64,000 nt of DNA from Cladosporium halotolerans (taxonomy: Eukaryota), in NCBI RefSeq assembly GCF_011745625.1, contig NW_027191457.1, forward strand, positions 806,001 to 870,000. The letters are read 5' to 3'. Under the pieces are notes generated by a model. The model was given only the letters and a program-made list of their open reading frames with translations, was not told the origin of the DNA and searched no databases. The position numbers and the translations under genes are program-made. Below are positions 25,501 through 38,866 of the stretch, one piece after another (within the stretch, counting starts at the first letter, position 1; every line of letters begins with the position of its first letter).

Positions 25501-25753
25501 CGACGCGAAAACCTTGACGGAGAGCTGGGTGAAGAGCGGTGGGCGGTGTCACGCGCCTCGCCATCTCTTGCTGGTAGAAAGCGTTGCTCCGGAGGCGGTG
25601 TCTGTCGACGGCAGCGGCCTGCTGAGCGAAGGAGTTGGGTCCCGGTGTGATGGTGCGAGGAGGCGGCGGGTGCGCGGGTCCTGGCGATGCTTCCGGAATC
25701 TGAGGTAGTTGGTTCGTGGTTCGCCTGGGCGAGGTGGCGCGGTGGGGAGCCAT
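22568..25753 (-). CDS. Hypothetical Ser/Pro/Thr-rich disordered protein, 1061 aa, with short C-terminal coiled coil
   Basis: 3.2-kb uninterrupted ORF. A possible GTGAGT donor near 22617 may change the extreme C-terminus. Confidence 0.75.
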   Translation of the reverse strand: MAPHRATSPRRTTNQLPQIPEASPGPAHPPPPRTITPGPNSFAQQAAAVDRHRLRSNAFYQQEMARRVTPPTALHPALRQGFRVESPSNMTTTRDSGVTTLSPFVNVDYLAPPPPPTPPLKLVPEECDESHPTGRGIIEDEREQHIHEASGTDTEHTPVRTYKYTPKLGTSEFSKSVGHTEATPNKKKRGGVLDWSLSSSDQTKSPKKGLFEKLKASIPRSSNNNNTGTTSSPAVGRGYGGGESLPPKPKAVLGSSPHKSNVARSPSKRKGLFSRITTEQSHFDGFKSSLSRRSGDSEARSALSASARTAHSLESSNKTPKTAHTAFSDPSYDRQVKEKRAFSETHSDAGGVSAHQKKDNSTCGVARTQSLQYFDRAAPPTPPAKNTPPHEKELKAQEESRRIMEHHQQSAERRIKEVTRKLTPREHMAQHKPSSKLPSPLHQHIFEDEDEEETPTRQTVKLKGVDGRVSPTKTGGYAHKDVPRLVKQPSVYSMHASFYPDLEEQYSLQEMKKRTDGLGLEGLTKLPEGVCNRDPKITYYSPSIYSEDCWSTRAELSGRASPSPSNVIKRSPSLRSQYHPTSAKASFNTKYSSSTEGTIPLVYPDLASDPSRTNLVIPARESSRQVSSTYHRASSHTRASSRSNLAHERRTSPPKRSSPTHRSSPSASKTKTNPLDTAPSLSRPTFEHPSAAPSPLDILPAVAYTPPKAKALDQAMAARGETTTTPSRSRGRIESHRSTGLPVTKHALAQDTMSQPQPQLSTSAPSMGSSHRARYADRPFDGRPSLSQNVRSAVSTLDSSLGTPEPVKYARGTSPASGTTTPTPTITLSPAWPQQDLSRGGARSLSPVMCTEIAPSFERSPSPVAAAQSVEEQQPKPSKFDRQAARTAFHAGSPQIGSGPEQATFSHGLSPVVGDPVVPQADVLSPPNRYDRRAARVAYHAGTSHVAAVPGPQRQGRIPAPIDTGIASYGEAPQHDLRNRPSTDKLEQIMSMLQGMQDQQTGSHQAALAQLEERIQQRLEAQVRAMFNQRSSEPSPSTPNSGPGNSESLSPTAFAPEDRHG

Positions 25754-26379
25754 GGCTGCTCCCGTTGTGGTGGTGGGGTGGCCTGCGACAATGCGTTAGC
25801 GTACAATGGCCACGTCAATAACAACGTGGCCGTGGCAGCGGCAGTGGTCAGTGGTGTAGTTACTTTGGTAACCGGTCGAGAGGTCAACAAGGTGGCAGGG
25901 CAACGCGGCGGCCAGGGAGGGAAGGAGCGCGGCCAAGCTTCCGTCGGCTTCACTCGTCTTCGCGCACGTGAGACTGAAATAGCACGTGCCTGACTTGCAC
26001 GATCAGAAGTCCTCAGGCAGGACATTGGCGGCGTGCAGAAGATCAAGGGGAACGTCCGACATATGAAAATTGACCAAAGGTGGGTCATGCCCATGCGCAC
26101 TCGGATCAAAAGTAACCAGCTTCCCATTCAATTGGCTGCCAAGGGGGGTGATATCAAAAGTACTCAAGGGAAAAAGGAAGATCAGAGAAGACAAGTAAAA
26201 GCAGCGAGCGGACACTGCACCAGCTTACTCCGCTACATTGTCGCTCGCATGATCAAACGCCGCCGCGCCAGACTAGAAGGGGTAATCTTTGATGGGTGGT
26301 GCTCGTGGAGGCGGGTGCACCAATTTTTTCTTTGCCGCCCAATGTTTCTCGCCGTTCGTACGCTGTAACCGCACAGGTA

Positions 26380-27324
<945 letters not shown>

Positions 27325-29148
27325 GGTGACCGTCAAAAGTCCAGAAACCTAACTAGACTTCGAGTATTCGTATCCCAGCGCTCTTTCTCTCAAGCAGCAA
27401 TTCGCCCTGACTCGGTGGTCCTCGAAACTGCTGGACTGTGTCGTTCGGCGAAAGATCGTGACAAAGTTCCTCAGGCTTCAATCGTATAGCTTATCCCACC
27501 AAGTACAGTCCTCAATCTGGTATCGTAGCTCGCGGGGCGTCCAAATTCCAGCAGCAGCAGTGTTGTTGACTCTCCGCACTCTCCAGCAGGCAGGCAGCGG
27601 TCGCGTGCTTCTCGCCTCGGTCTCTCGCTCGGCAGAACCCGTTCTCGAAGAACAGCAAGGCGCAAGGCGATTGCTTCAGCAGCACGAGGCGCGGGAAAAT
27701 CAACAGGGCGGTGTTGGCGGTTGCAGCAGGGTCGCTCGAATGGCCCAAAGCCAAGCGACGTCGGCAGGGCGGCGGCCTTGCAACTGGGCAGCGAGCGAGC
27801 GAGCGAGCCGGTGGGCTTTTCCCCACGTGACGAGCGGGTGGGCGGACGGGTAGGGTGGGCGGGCTCAGCGACTTGGTGGGAGGCAAGGCGAGCCAGAGGA
27901 TCCACGCGACGTGGTCGAATCGGTCGTTTAGCGCTGAGGGCAGAGAAGCAGAGGAATAGCAGCAGACGAGCAGAGCCAACAGCCTCAACCCTCCCTTCCC
28001 ATCCTTCAAACAGGTCTCCCACATCTTGCGCGCGCCGCCCCCCGTTTCGCCGGCTGTTCCCGCGGCGCGGCTCGCGGCCCCGAGACAGCTGCGGCGCGCC
28101 GCTAGAGGCGTTCTGGGCCTCGGCCTGCGCGGGCGCGGCGGGTCACGTCGAGGACAGGGAGGGATTGGGAGGCCTTGCGTTCAGATTGCCTGCTGCAGCA
28201 ACTCTTAATCAAATATGGCTCGATGGGCGAACTCAATGGCGCATGCACGTGATTTTGTCATATGATTCGCCTTGCTGCAAAGTTAGAGTAAGGTAGGCAG
28301 CCTGCATGTATAGAGCGGCAGGTACCGCCTTTACTCGGCGCCATGCGATGGCGGCGGTGAGGCGGGAGAGAGAATGCCTGCGACCTCGGGAGCAGGGAAT
28401 ATATCGGGTTCGATGAGGCATTGAATAGTGTATGCGAAACATGGCGGCAACAGAGCCTCAACCATTTCGACCAGATGAGGCTCGAATGTGACAGGTCGCC
28501 AGTAAGCACGTAGGACGAAGGCGACTTGAGTGCACGGAAAGAAAGCGACAAGCAGTGGCAATGTTTCACGCTCCTCGAGTGCAAACATCTCGCTATCTGC
28601 CAAACACGCATAACAGGAACTCATAGCGTCCAAACCTCTTTCCCCCCTTGGACTCCGAATGCTGAGACCTGGCGGCTCAATTCCTGATTTGCAACGTCCT
28701 TTCACTCATCCGTTCACAGAACAAGAAAGAAATATAAGGTGTTTCCAACCCAGCATCTTCCATTCGAAATACTTAAAGAAACCACCCCCAAAAAAATCAA
28801 ATCCATCATATCATTCCAATCGTAGGTAAGGTATCCCAAGCAAGCCCAAAGCAACAAGCAAATCGAACCCCATGCATCATCCAAAGCAAAAACGCCACCG
28901 CAAGCACTTGCGTGCCCCTCATATCTCGCTCGCTCGCTTCAAAAAAACGCCAGTCATGTCTTCTAGACTTTGCTCGCCCCATGCAGAAAAAAAAAATCCC
29001 AGGTATATATCTCATCATGCAGATCGTGAAATGTTCGCCGTCGTCAGACATCGCCTTTCTCTCCGCGATGCCGCTCGCTCGCTGTACACAGATGCACTTA
29101 AAAACAAATGCGTGTAGCTCCACCCTCCCCTCCCCTTCCCCTCCATTC

Positions 29149-31204
29149 TCAAACTCCCTTCCTCCGCCCGCTCCGCCTCGAAGTCCCACTAAGCGTGCGA
29201 TGCAGCATCGGCTCGTCCTCCGCGCTCGCGCCGCCCTCGTAATCGTCCAGCCGGGGCCCCTCGCCCTCGAAATACGCGCTGCTGCGCCTGCGCACGCTCG
29301 TGGGCTCCTGCACGGTGCCGACGACGACGCCCTTGACGTGCTGCTGCATCTCGTCGAGCTTGTAGTTCTCCATCAGGAAGGAGAGCAGGATGACGGGGAC
29401 GGCGACGCAGACCGCGACGGTCAGGATGCGCGTCATGGTCTCCTGGTACGCGCGGTTGATGGCCTCGCGCGTCGGCGAGCCCATGGGCCAGCCTGTCGAG
29501 GCGAGCGCGATGTTGCTGTAGATCTCCGCTGCGCGGTCGCGGGTCTCGGGCGGGAGGTAGAGGGCTAGTTTTCTGGGCACGGAGGCGGTCCAGATGGCGC
29601 CTGAGACGGCGGAGCCGACGGCGCCGCCGATCTCGAGGAAGGTGAGGAAGATGGCGGTCGCGGCGGCGACTTCCTGGTGGTTGGCGGAGGCCTGGACGCC
29701 GAGCTGGGCGGGGACGTTGAGCATGCCGCCGCCGATGCCGACGAGGGCGGTGGTGGCGACGAGGGAGGCGGTGGAGGCGTGCTCGACGCGGTAGAAAATC
29801 ATGAGGAGGAGGCCGAGGAAGTTGACGATGGCGCCGAGGGTGACGAAGAACTTGTAGTGGGCGGTGTATTTGATGAGGATGGAGACGCAGAAGGAGGTGA
29901 TGGTCGCGGCGAAGGTCCACATTTGCACGATGCGCCCGGCGGCGGTGACGGATTGGCCTTGAACGACGAGGAGGTAGGACTGGAAGTAAGGGTATACGGA
30001 GAGATAGTAGGCCACTGGGCTTGGTTAGCTGAGTGTCGTGCAGAGGAAACGTAGGGCAGAGCTTACTGAAATAGAAAAATGAGATACCCAAGCCAGCCAA
30101 GACAGTACGGTTGCGGAACAAGCTTCCAGGGAAGAAAGCTCTCGGTGCCAACTTCTTGCTTCTCTCCCAGAAGGGAAAGACGGCCAGACAGGCGGCGCCA
30201 ATCAGCAGCATGGCCAGCAGGTTGGGATCATCCCAGCCGTTCTTTGCAGCAAGCGTGAGGGGTATCAGCAGCAGGGAAAACGCCGCGCAGAGCAGAAGCA
30301 GGCCGAAGACATCCAACTCGAACCAGAGGTGCTTAGCTATACTCCAGTAACCCAGACCGCGGAACGGCGACGGTGGAAGAAGACCGCGCTTTGCAGCCTT
30401 GCGCTGGTTAGTCCAGAGCGCGAGCGCCAGCGGCAGATATGCGATGGGCAGTATGATAGCCCAGATACCGTAACCCCACCTCCAGCTCGCCTTGGTGAGC
30501 AGCATATCCGCCAGCGGCGAGCCAATCCAGACATTGACGAGGAAGGGCAGGGCCGGGAGGGTGGAGCACAGCGCGCGGTTGACCAGGTCGCTGGTGTCGG
30601 CGATGAAGATCTGGATGAGGATCTGCAGGCCCGTGCTGCCGGCGGAGTAGAAGACTTGTGCGGCGGCGTACGTCTTGACGTTGTCCGACGCCGCCTGCTG
30701 CACGTAGCCGACCGAGTAGATGAGGACGGACAGGGTGAAGGCTTCGAAGCGGCCGAAGACGTCGGCGATCTTGGACATCGGCGGCTTGACGACGGACAGC
30801 ACGACGCCCTGTACGACCAGCACCGTCGCGACGAGCGAGTGCGCTTTGAAGGCACTCGTGGCATAGATGGTGAGGTTCACGGTGGTTTGACCCTCGAGCG
30901 AAGTGGCGTAGGCCAGCAGGCACACGCCAAAGTAGGCTGCGAACAGGCCCCAGCGCGACCATGTGGACGAGATAGCCTCGAGGCGCTTCACGCCGACCTG
31001 GGCGGAATAATGGCTCTCGTCGTCGTCGGAGTCTTCGACGCCCTCGTCGGCCCTGCTGCTGCTACCAGCAGCGCCCTGCGGACTCATAATCTTGAGCTTC
31101 TCGGTGGGCACGCCACTCGGCCGTCGCGCGGTCGGGCGCGGGGCGTTTGCGGCCGGGTCCAGGTCTGGTGAGGCATTGGGATTAGTGATGGTGCCGTAGC
31201 TCAT
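29149..31204 (-). CDS. MFS siderophore-iron transporter (Sit1/Arn/MirB family); intron 30015-30066
   Basis: GVKRLEA, KPPMSKIADVFGR, IFIADTSDLVNR, SWRWGYG and REAINRAYQETM motifs; many hydrophobic helices. Confidence 0.92.
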
Positions 31205-31291
31205 GGCCACGAGGGTCGCTACAGCATCGAGAGGCGGCTGCAAGGGTGGTGAGGGCGGCGAGAGAGAGGTGCGGAGTGGGAGTGACGGAGG

Positions 31292-31327
31292 ATCAGATAA
31301 CAGCGGGAGGTTGCGCAATTATCAGAT
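31292..31327. promoter_or_regulatory. Paired inverted SreA-type iron-repressor sites (ATCWGATAA)
   Basis: ATCAGATAA at 31292-31300 and TTATCAGAT at 31319-31327, ~90-120 nt upstream of the siderophore transporter ATG. Confidence 0.8.
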
Positions 31328-32786
31328 GGCGGCGGAATGCAAGCACGGCAGCTTAAGAGCGCGCGGCTGGCGCGGGCGGCAGCATGCGAGGCTAGGGAGG
31401 GAAGGGAGGGGCAGCGCAGGGCATTATTTTGGGTGGAGGCAAATGCAAATGGACGACGCACCAACGAGCTGCACCGATTGCGGCGCGTCAGCGTGCGTAA
31501 GGGACTGCTGGACGGCTGAGGATGCGCTGGCACTGGGAATGGCATCCTCAGGCGCCGCGTCCGGCTGCGAGAGTCGGGAGGCGGCAGGCTGCGAGTAGTA
31601 GGATGGGGACCGCGGTGACGGCCGACGGCTGTGGTCATGGCGGTGATCTGGCGGCGACATTATGAGTGGCATATGTGGTGTAGTGCCGCCCGGCGCGCTG
31701 CGAGTCGGCATCATCGACAGACGGCGCGCGCATTGCTGTTGGCCAGCGGACAAGGCGGACTGCGCGGCGGCGACACAGCGCGATGCAGCCTCGCTTGCAC
31801 CACTCGGCCCGCGCGCGGCACGTGGGGCCTCAGGTCTCACCGGCGCCGTCACGTGCTGGCCACTCGTCACGGAAGGTATGATGGCGTTGGGCAGATGTCT
31901 GGCAGTAGTCGCTGTAGCTGCAGTAGTCGCAGGCACTAGCACCGTCAGTCGTCTTGCAGTCACGGACACTAGCAACACCTTCGGCGCGAGCAGCTGAAGA
32001 CAGCAGTAGTCGGTGGGTCCGTGGAGGATGTCGGGCGTGCTGTGCACATCCACCACTCAGCCGCGAGTGCCGCCGCGTGACAAGAGCCAATCTACTCGAC
32101 GCACTCGATCAATTGCAGTAGCTCTCTTAATTGCAGGCTGCTATATCAGATTTCGTCTCTGCAACGCAGATCATCACAGCTGCACATTCCCATTTCACGA
32201 GGTGAATGGGCAAATCCGTCTCATCAAGTCTACAACAAAGCCTCCATCTGCCCTGAATTCACGAACCTTGTCCGGGAAAACTAATCCGCATTCCCACAAA
32301 GCACGAGCACACCCCATCAGCCAGCGCATCAATCCTCCACGCGTCCACTGCCCTAAACGCCGTCATTGTCTCAGACAAACAGACCATAATTCTCCGGGCT
32401 CGGCGCGAACAAACAACAAACCAGCGCCTAGCCGCTGCCGAAGCGCGCGCGACCCTGCCCGAAGGATCCGGAGCTGCGGCTCGAAACGGTAGGACAGCGA
32501 CACAAGGAATGTAGAGCTGACTAAAAAGTACGATGTATCGTGTAACAGACGAACTCTCGATTTGACAAACAAGAAACCACAGTGTTACTCATCGATAGTG
32601 TGAGGAATAATTCGAATACAGGCCGCTCCATAACAGCAGCACACCTTCCTTACGCAAGAGCTAATTTCCGCTCGAGCCATCCATCTATCTGTCCAGCCAG
32701 CCGGCCAACCTCCCATCCCATCCCATCCCGTCGTAGTGAAATAAGTAGGTCCAGCTCTCGGACGCCAACAGCAGGAACAACCTCCC

Positions 32787-35700
32787 TCAAGCCCTCTTCG
32801 CCCGGCTCAAATCCCTCAACTCCTCGTCGCCAATCGCATCCTTCGCAGTCGGCGACGGCGCATCGCTCTTCCCCTCGGATGCGTCGCCCAAACCCTTCAC
32901 TTGCTCCTGCCCAGCCCCAAAAGAAGCAGCAGCCAAAGGCCCAATAACCGTCCTCCTATTCTCCCTCCCCGACGACGCCGACGCCCTCGCGTCCTCGTAG
33001 TCGCTTTCCTCGCCCTCATCGAGCTCCTCCTCCTCCTCACCAACCTCCTTCGCCTTCGCCTTCGAAGCCGCGACAATACTCCCGCCAGCAGGCCCAATAA
33101 CAGTCGCCCTCTTCTCCCGCCTCGGATCCCAGCTCAGATCATACGGGTGGAACCCCTCTTCCCCTTCCTCGCCCTGCAACCCCTCCTTAGCATCGACAAA
33201 ACTCTCCCCCTCCCCCACCGTACTCGCGCTCCGGCTCGCCGTGTCCTCGTCCGTGCCGTCCGTGCCAAACTCCTGCACGACCGGGCTCCCCGGCCCGGCC
33301 CCTTTGACAGGCGAGCTGGGCCGCGAAGAGTGCTCGCGGTGCCACTTCTCGCGGCGTGCGCGCATGCGGTCGGTCGGCCAGTCGTCGCCGAACTGCACGA
33401 CGGAAGCCTGCTTGCCGTGCAGGATGAAGCGGCCGTGGCCGCGGTCGAGGCCGGGGGTTGCGTCCGGCGCGGCGGAGCTGGAGGCGTCCGCGGCGGCGTC
33501 GGCGGAGCGCACGGTGGACTCGCTCTCTTTGTTGCGGCGGTGGCGGTGCGAGACGGAGGAGTGGTGGTGGACGTCGCGGAGGGTCTTGTGCAGGCTGCGG
33601 CGCTTGCCCTTTGTGGCGGTGGCGGTGGTGCGGGTGCTTTCGGGCGTGGAGGCCACGCCGTCGAGGGTCATGGCTTGCTGGAGGAGGGAGTCGGGGGTGC
33701 GGACTTCGTCTTGCGGGGGGCGGTCGGGGTCGTCGTCGGCGTTGCTGGTTGTTGGGGAGATGATGCGGAGGCTTTCGGGTTGGTGGGGGGAGCCTAGGCG
33801 GCCGGCCTGGCGGCTGGAGGTCGAGGAGGCGGACCAGCTTGGTTGTCTCTGGGAGGTTCCGGATGCGGTGAGGAGGGTGCTGGCGCTTGATCCGCGGTGT
33901 TTGTCTCTTTGCTGGTCTACGTCCAGGTTGAGAGGCGGCAGGCGCCAGCCTTCACCGCTTGGCGAAGATGGACCGCTGTCTACCGTACTACGGAAGACGT
34001 CGTCCACGAAGGTATCCATAGAGTCGGTTGTGGAGGGGCGCGGGCGCATGCTCGTGGGAGACCTCTCACTCTTTGTAGGTGATTTCGGACTTTGAGGCTG
34101 GCTGCGTGGGCTGTGTGAGCTCAGGTGGGAGGTCAACCTAGGAAGCACCTTCTTCGCTGTGTCTGGGGGATCAGGCAGAGGTTCTGCTTTCTTCTCACTT
34201 GACAGGTGCAGGTCGCTAACGCTGATGCCGTCCTGCTCGATGTCCAGAGCCAGAATGTCGCGGTGGCAGCGCATCTTCCAGATGTCCCGGCGAACCCACT
34301 TCAGCTTAGCGTCAGTCCGCGCCGCAGCATAGATGAGTTCTTCGCGCGTCTTTTGTGGGATCGGCGCGAGGACGAAAAGGTGACGTGCGTTGCGAAGGAT
34401 CTCGTCATGCTGCTTCTGCATGGTATTGATCTCCTTCTCGTACTCCCTGATCTTCTGCGCCATGATCTGCCGTCTGGCAGTCATGACTTGCTGAGCGAGT
34501 GCCGCATCGTGAGTCGGACTTCTGATAGGACGCTCTGCAATCGACGACTGTGTCGTATGTGAGGTATCTGGCCGATCATGGTCTCGCGATCGACTATACT
34601 CATCGTTGCCTCCGATCATGCCGCGTATCCGAACTCCGGCGGCTCTGAAAGCAGCAGCGTAGTTGATCAATGCCAGCCAGTCATTGAGCTCGCTCTCGTT
34701 ATCTGCCAGCAATACCTCTTCTTGCCCTCCTGATCGCACAAAGACGAAAGCGTTCTTATGTCTCGTGTACGTCGCATCAACGAGAGCCACGGCGTTGTCA
34801 GTTTTGATCAGCGCGTCCGGTTTGAAATCTTGTAATGGAGGTGAGAATGTGACGGGCATCCTTGGTGCCCCATGTCTTTGATGCGACATGAACTGATGCA
34901 CGAGGCCCTTAGCCCAGGACGCGTTCTTGAACAGATACAGCTGCGAGCCTGTGAGAATCGCTCCCCATTCTTGCCATGGAGAGCGTGTCTTCTTTTTCTT
35001 GGTTGCCTTTCGCCAGAGCGTGCCAACCTTGGTAATCTTGAGGTCGACGATGCCTTGTTGAGTTTCGACGCTGTGTGGGTTGGAAGTGTTGACCTGGCCC
35101 TCGTACGCTGCTGGTCTTGACCGAGCGGAGATGATCTGCAGTGTACCAGTATGCGTGAAGGCGCGTTGCAAGTATTGCACATCCAACGAGCCTTGAGTGC
35201 CAAGGTAATTGTATGGGTCTTCCAGGGTGATTGAGTCTCTGATGTTAGGTCGTAGAATGTCCAGCTTTTGATCCACCAGCAAATTGTAGGGGTCAACCGG
35301 ACCGGATACCTTCTTCCCTGAATCGGTGATAGCTCCCTTCAGCTTACTCTTCTTCGTCTTGAAAGGCAGCACTCTCTCGCCGTTGATGTCGACTTCTTCC
35401 TCGTAATGCACAAAAGGGGTATAGCAAATGTTGTCGTAAATGCATGCAAGCACCTCGTCGCTGACGTGTTGGCCGGACGTGTTCTTGATGTAATCCTGCT
35501 TCTGCATCTTTCGCTTGTTGTTGCGATTGAAAGCATCTGTGTGCAGCATCATGATAGAGAATGCAATGATGTACGCTTGGTCGGTGGAAAGGAAAATGCC
35601 AGGGTTGCACTCATGATATCTGTCGGCGAACGCTTGAATCACACGGTCGACCTGTTGTGTTTCCTTCGGAAGATCCGCCTCGAGTAAGAACTTTCGTAAC

Positions 35701-37336
35701 GACATATCGATCGGCTCGCCAAAGAAAGGGAATCGCCGGGTGTAGCTGCGAAGGACCGCTTGCGCGAAAGGATCAGAGGATTTCGAGAGGATGCCTGCTA
35801 TCATGCTCCTAGTCACAGCAGATTCCAACCGCTCCAGATATTTGCCTGGAGTGTCGCCTTCTTCCCGCTCCGGTACGACTAGTGCCTCTCTGCTTAGAGC
35901 GAACGAATTCGACTTGCTCCTAGACGAAGGTGATCCATTCCTGGGCGAGTATGGCTCGGAGCCTTGACGGAAGCGTGAGAGACCCAAAAATCCGCCAAAG
36001 CTCGATCTCCCTGTTGTGGATGTCGAAGTTCTTCCGCTTCCGCCTGGTGGAGGAGTGTCCATTGATCCTCGTCCCCAGGAGCTTGTTGTAGACGCTCGGT
36101 CTCTCAAACCAAACCTCATGGGTGGCCGCAACGGTGACGAGAAAGAAGAGTCGCGCGAACGTTGTGTCTCATCACGCTCAGATGCTTTTCCGGGTTCTGC
36201 GAACAAAAAGGAGTTGTTTGCTACTGACGCATGCGGGGATGCAAGTTGGTTCTGATGGGCTTGTCGTCTCGTGGGGCTGGTTTCCGTATGTCGCCTGAAG
36301 CGCAAAGGTGTAGGGTCACCGCGAGAGTCTGTTGATTGCTGACTTCTGAGGGATACACCGCTTTCGGAAGCTCGAGGTGTAGCTGGCCCGTCAGGCGAGC
36401 GAGAAGCTTCCGGCGATGGTATCTTGACAGGCAATGGAAAGAGCGAGTTGCGATTCTTGTTCCTTCGCGGAAGCTTAAAGAATGTGGTGTGCGTAGAGAC
36501 CGTATGGGTTGTGGTAGTCGTAGAGCCGTAAATGTCCACAGAGCTTCCCTGGCTACCTCGACTTCCATGGCTGCCATCGGATCGCGAGGACTCTGAGAAG
36601 CGAGGCGCAGGAAGAGCCAGTTCAGAGTCCTGCTCATTCCCATACGCGGGAGGCGCGTCCTGACCTCTGTGTGCGTGAGCGGCGGAAAGTCGCTGCAGAT
36701 CCTCCAATCCAGTGCTCCTGCCGTGCAATTTCCGCCATCTTGATCCTCCTTTCTTCTCTTTGCGATTCGTATGATCTTCCGATAGCCGCGACATATCTGA
36801 AGCCTCGCTCCTAGACTTTTCCAGCGATTTCGAAAATGACGGCCGAGTGAGTAAGTTTTCGTCCTGGAGGTGCTCGTGGTCGAACGTCGGAGCGGTCTTC
36901 ACGATAGCGGGAGTATTCACTGTTTTGAATATCAGCATGAGCATCAAAGTAGCAATGCGCGCGACCATGTCCACGAACCTCTGGTCAGAGAAGGCACCGG
37001 CGGAACATCGTCCTGCCGGGCCGCTTCCTCTTTCGCGCGGGCTGAAAGGTGTGATTCGGAAAAGTTGCGGAACTTCAGCATGCTGAACCGCTTGGTCCGG
37101 GCATTCTCAGGCTGCACAGGAGGCGATTGCGGGCGATCCGCCGAGGAGACGTCGTTCGAGAGTCGCGAGGCTGGCATCGCAAGCTCGCTGGTCGGGCGGG
37201 GGGAGGAAGGCGGGGCGAGTGAGGGAGCGAGAACTCGAGGCGTCTGCTCGCCGTCGTCGAAATGGCGGGCATCGTATGATTTCGTTGGCACCAGGTCGAG
37301 CACGCTACGGCGGCGGAGTAGAGGCATGGCCGGCAT
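32787..37336 (-). CDS. Sec7- and PH-domain ARF guanine nucleotide exchange factor (Syt1/Sec74-like); intron 36920-36978
   Basis: LRKFLLEADLPKETQQVDRVI and FSIMMLHTDAFN Sec7 motifs; PH domain ending NDWLALINYAA. The GTTCGT..CTGAT..CAG intron joins two ORFs in frame. Confidence 0.9.
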
Positions 37337-38439
37337 GCGCGACTACTGAGTCGTGTCTGGCCAGGGCGAGTGGCATCAGGCGGTATGTTTCAGAGCGCTG
37401 CAAGGGTGGAGGCGGGCATTCGCGCGCAGGACGGGCATGGGAGCAGCAGCAGGTGTTTGATCTCGCGGCGACGGCCTGGTATGAGACAGGAGGGCGTGAG
37501 GGCGGCGTGGAGAAGGCGTCGCTGGGGTTTGATTGCGAGCGTTGGAGAGTGCTCGTTCGCCTTGAACTTGGCCGGGCTGGCCGCCAGCCTGGTGTTTGAG
37601 CGCGGCACTAGGCCGTGCGTAGGGCTGACGGTTTGCGCTCGCCCCGGCCAATCAGATAATTCGACGCGTGGAGTCGCAGACTGGAGCTGAAGAACGGCGG
37701 GGGCCTGGAGTGCCTGGGCCGACGTTCGAACGGTTTCACCTCGTCGTGCTGCTGTTTGAAGGTGCCGGACAGCCAGACGGGGGGTCGCGGCCTTTACGCT
37801 GCTTGACAGTCGTGACAGCCATCTGCCGTCATCCTGGATACGCGGCACTGCTGCGATCTCAGCCCTACCGGAATCAGGCACTCTCAAGGGGAGATCTGCA
37901 CGGCTCGACCGCAGAGGCTAACCTAATCTCTCCTGAAGGCGCTCCCCTCCCTGTCCAGCGTCTGACAGCCGTCATATCATCAGCCAATGTGCCAGTATCG
38001 AGTTGTTCGCCGCGGAGATGACTCCAACGTCAGTCAGACTATCTCAGCCAAGCTCACCGCCCATTTTCGATGGCTTGTAGCGCTGAGCGCGTCCCTTTGC
38101 ACCGCACATGGTTGACATAAATCGTCGATTTCTCCATATTGGTGCATGTGAAGCCCAAATGGAGCCATACCAAGACGCTTAGAGACTTGCGACATCACAT
38201 ACAAAGGTTGAAAAGCCTGATGTACCGAGAAAAAATCCAGCTTCTTCTGTTTCAAAAATTTGTGGGATCTATCTACGTGTAACACCGCCTCATGCAAACA
38301 GTGCTCTCGTCGCCCACATCTCGTCGCACACGTATAGAACATTAACGACTCTCTCGGCACGATTCGCTTTCAATGCCGTTCACTGGGTCACTCGCTGCGG
38401 ATTGTGAACTCAAAACGTCCTTCCACGAACGCCGTTCTT

Positions 38440-38791
38440 AACCATATGTCTTGTCTTCAAAGGGCCCAGCCTGTAACGGAGCGAGTGAGTTTCCAAAGGG
38501 CCCAGCCTCTAACAGAGAGAGTGACTTCCATTTTAGGCATTGTGAAATCTGCTCAGCCTTGGAAAANNNNNNNNNNNNNNNNNNNNNNNNNNNNNNNNNN
38601 NNNNNNNNNNNNNNNNNNNNNNNNNNNNNNNNNNNNNNNNNNNNNNNNNNNNNNNNNNNNNNNNAACCATATGTCTTGTCTTCAAAGGGCCCAGCCTGTA
38701 ACGGAGCGAGTGAGTTTCCAAAGGGCCCAGCCTCTAACAGAGAGAGTGACTTCCATTTTAGGCATTGTGAAATCTGCTCAGCCTTGGAAAA
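38440..38791. repeat. Identical 127-bp copies (38440-38566, 38665-38791) either side of a 98-N scaffold gap; each contains two imperfect 36-bp tandem units
   Basis: Direct comparison; units CAAAGGGCCCAGCCTGTAACGGAGCGAGTGAGTTTC and CAAAGGGCCCAGCCTCTAACAGAGAGAGTGACTTCC. Confidence 0.9.
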
Positions 38792-38866
38792 TCGTCAAGG
38801 AGAATGTACGACTTTCGCAAGGAGAATGTAGGGTTGTCTGAAAGTCGTACATGCTCATTGACGATT
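38790..38866. repeat. Inverted repeat, 27-bp arms (2 mismatches), 23-nt spacer
   Basis: AATCGTCAAGGAGAATGTACGACTTTC ... GAAAGTCGTACATGCTCATTGACGATT. Confidence 0.85.

Noticed and set aside
38458..38529. 36-bp repeats as CRISPR-like
   Set aside because: Only two adjacent units, no spacers, eukaryotic context.
38440..38791. 127-bp direct repeat flanking the N gap as a real duplication or LTR
   Set aside because: Identical copies end exactly at the gap edges, and 127 is a common maximum k-mer size; most likely an unmerged contig overlap.
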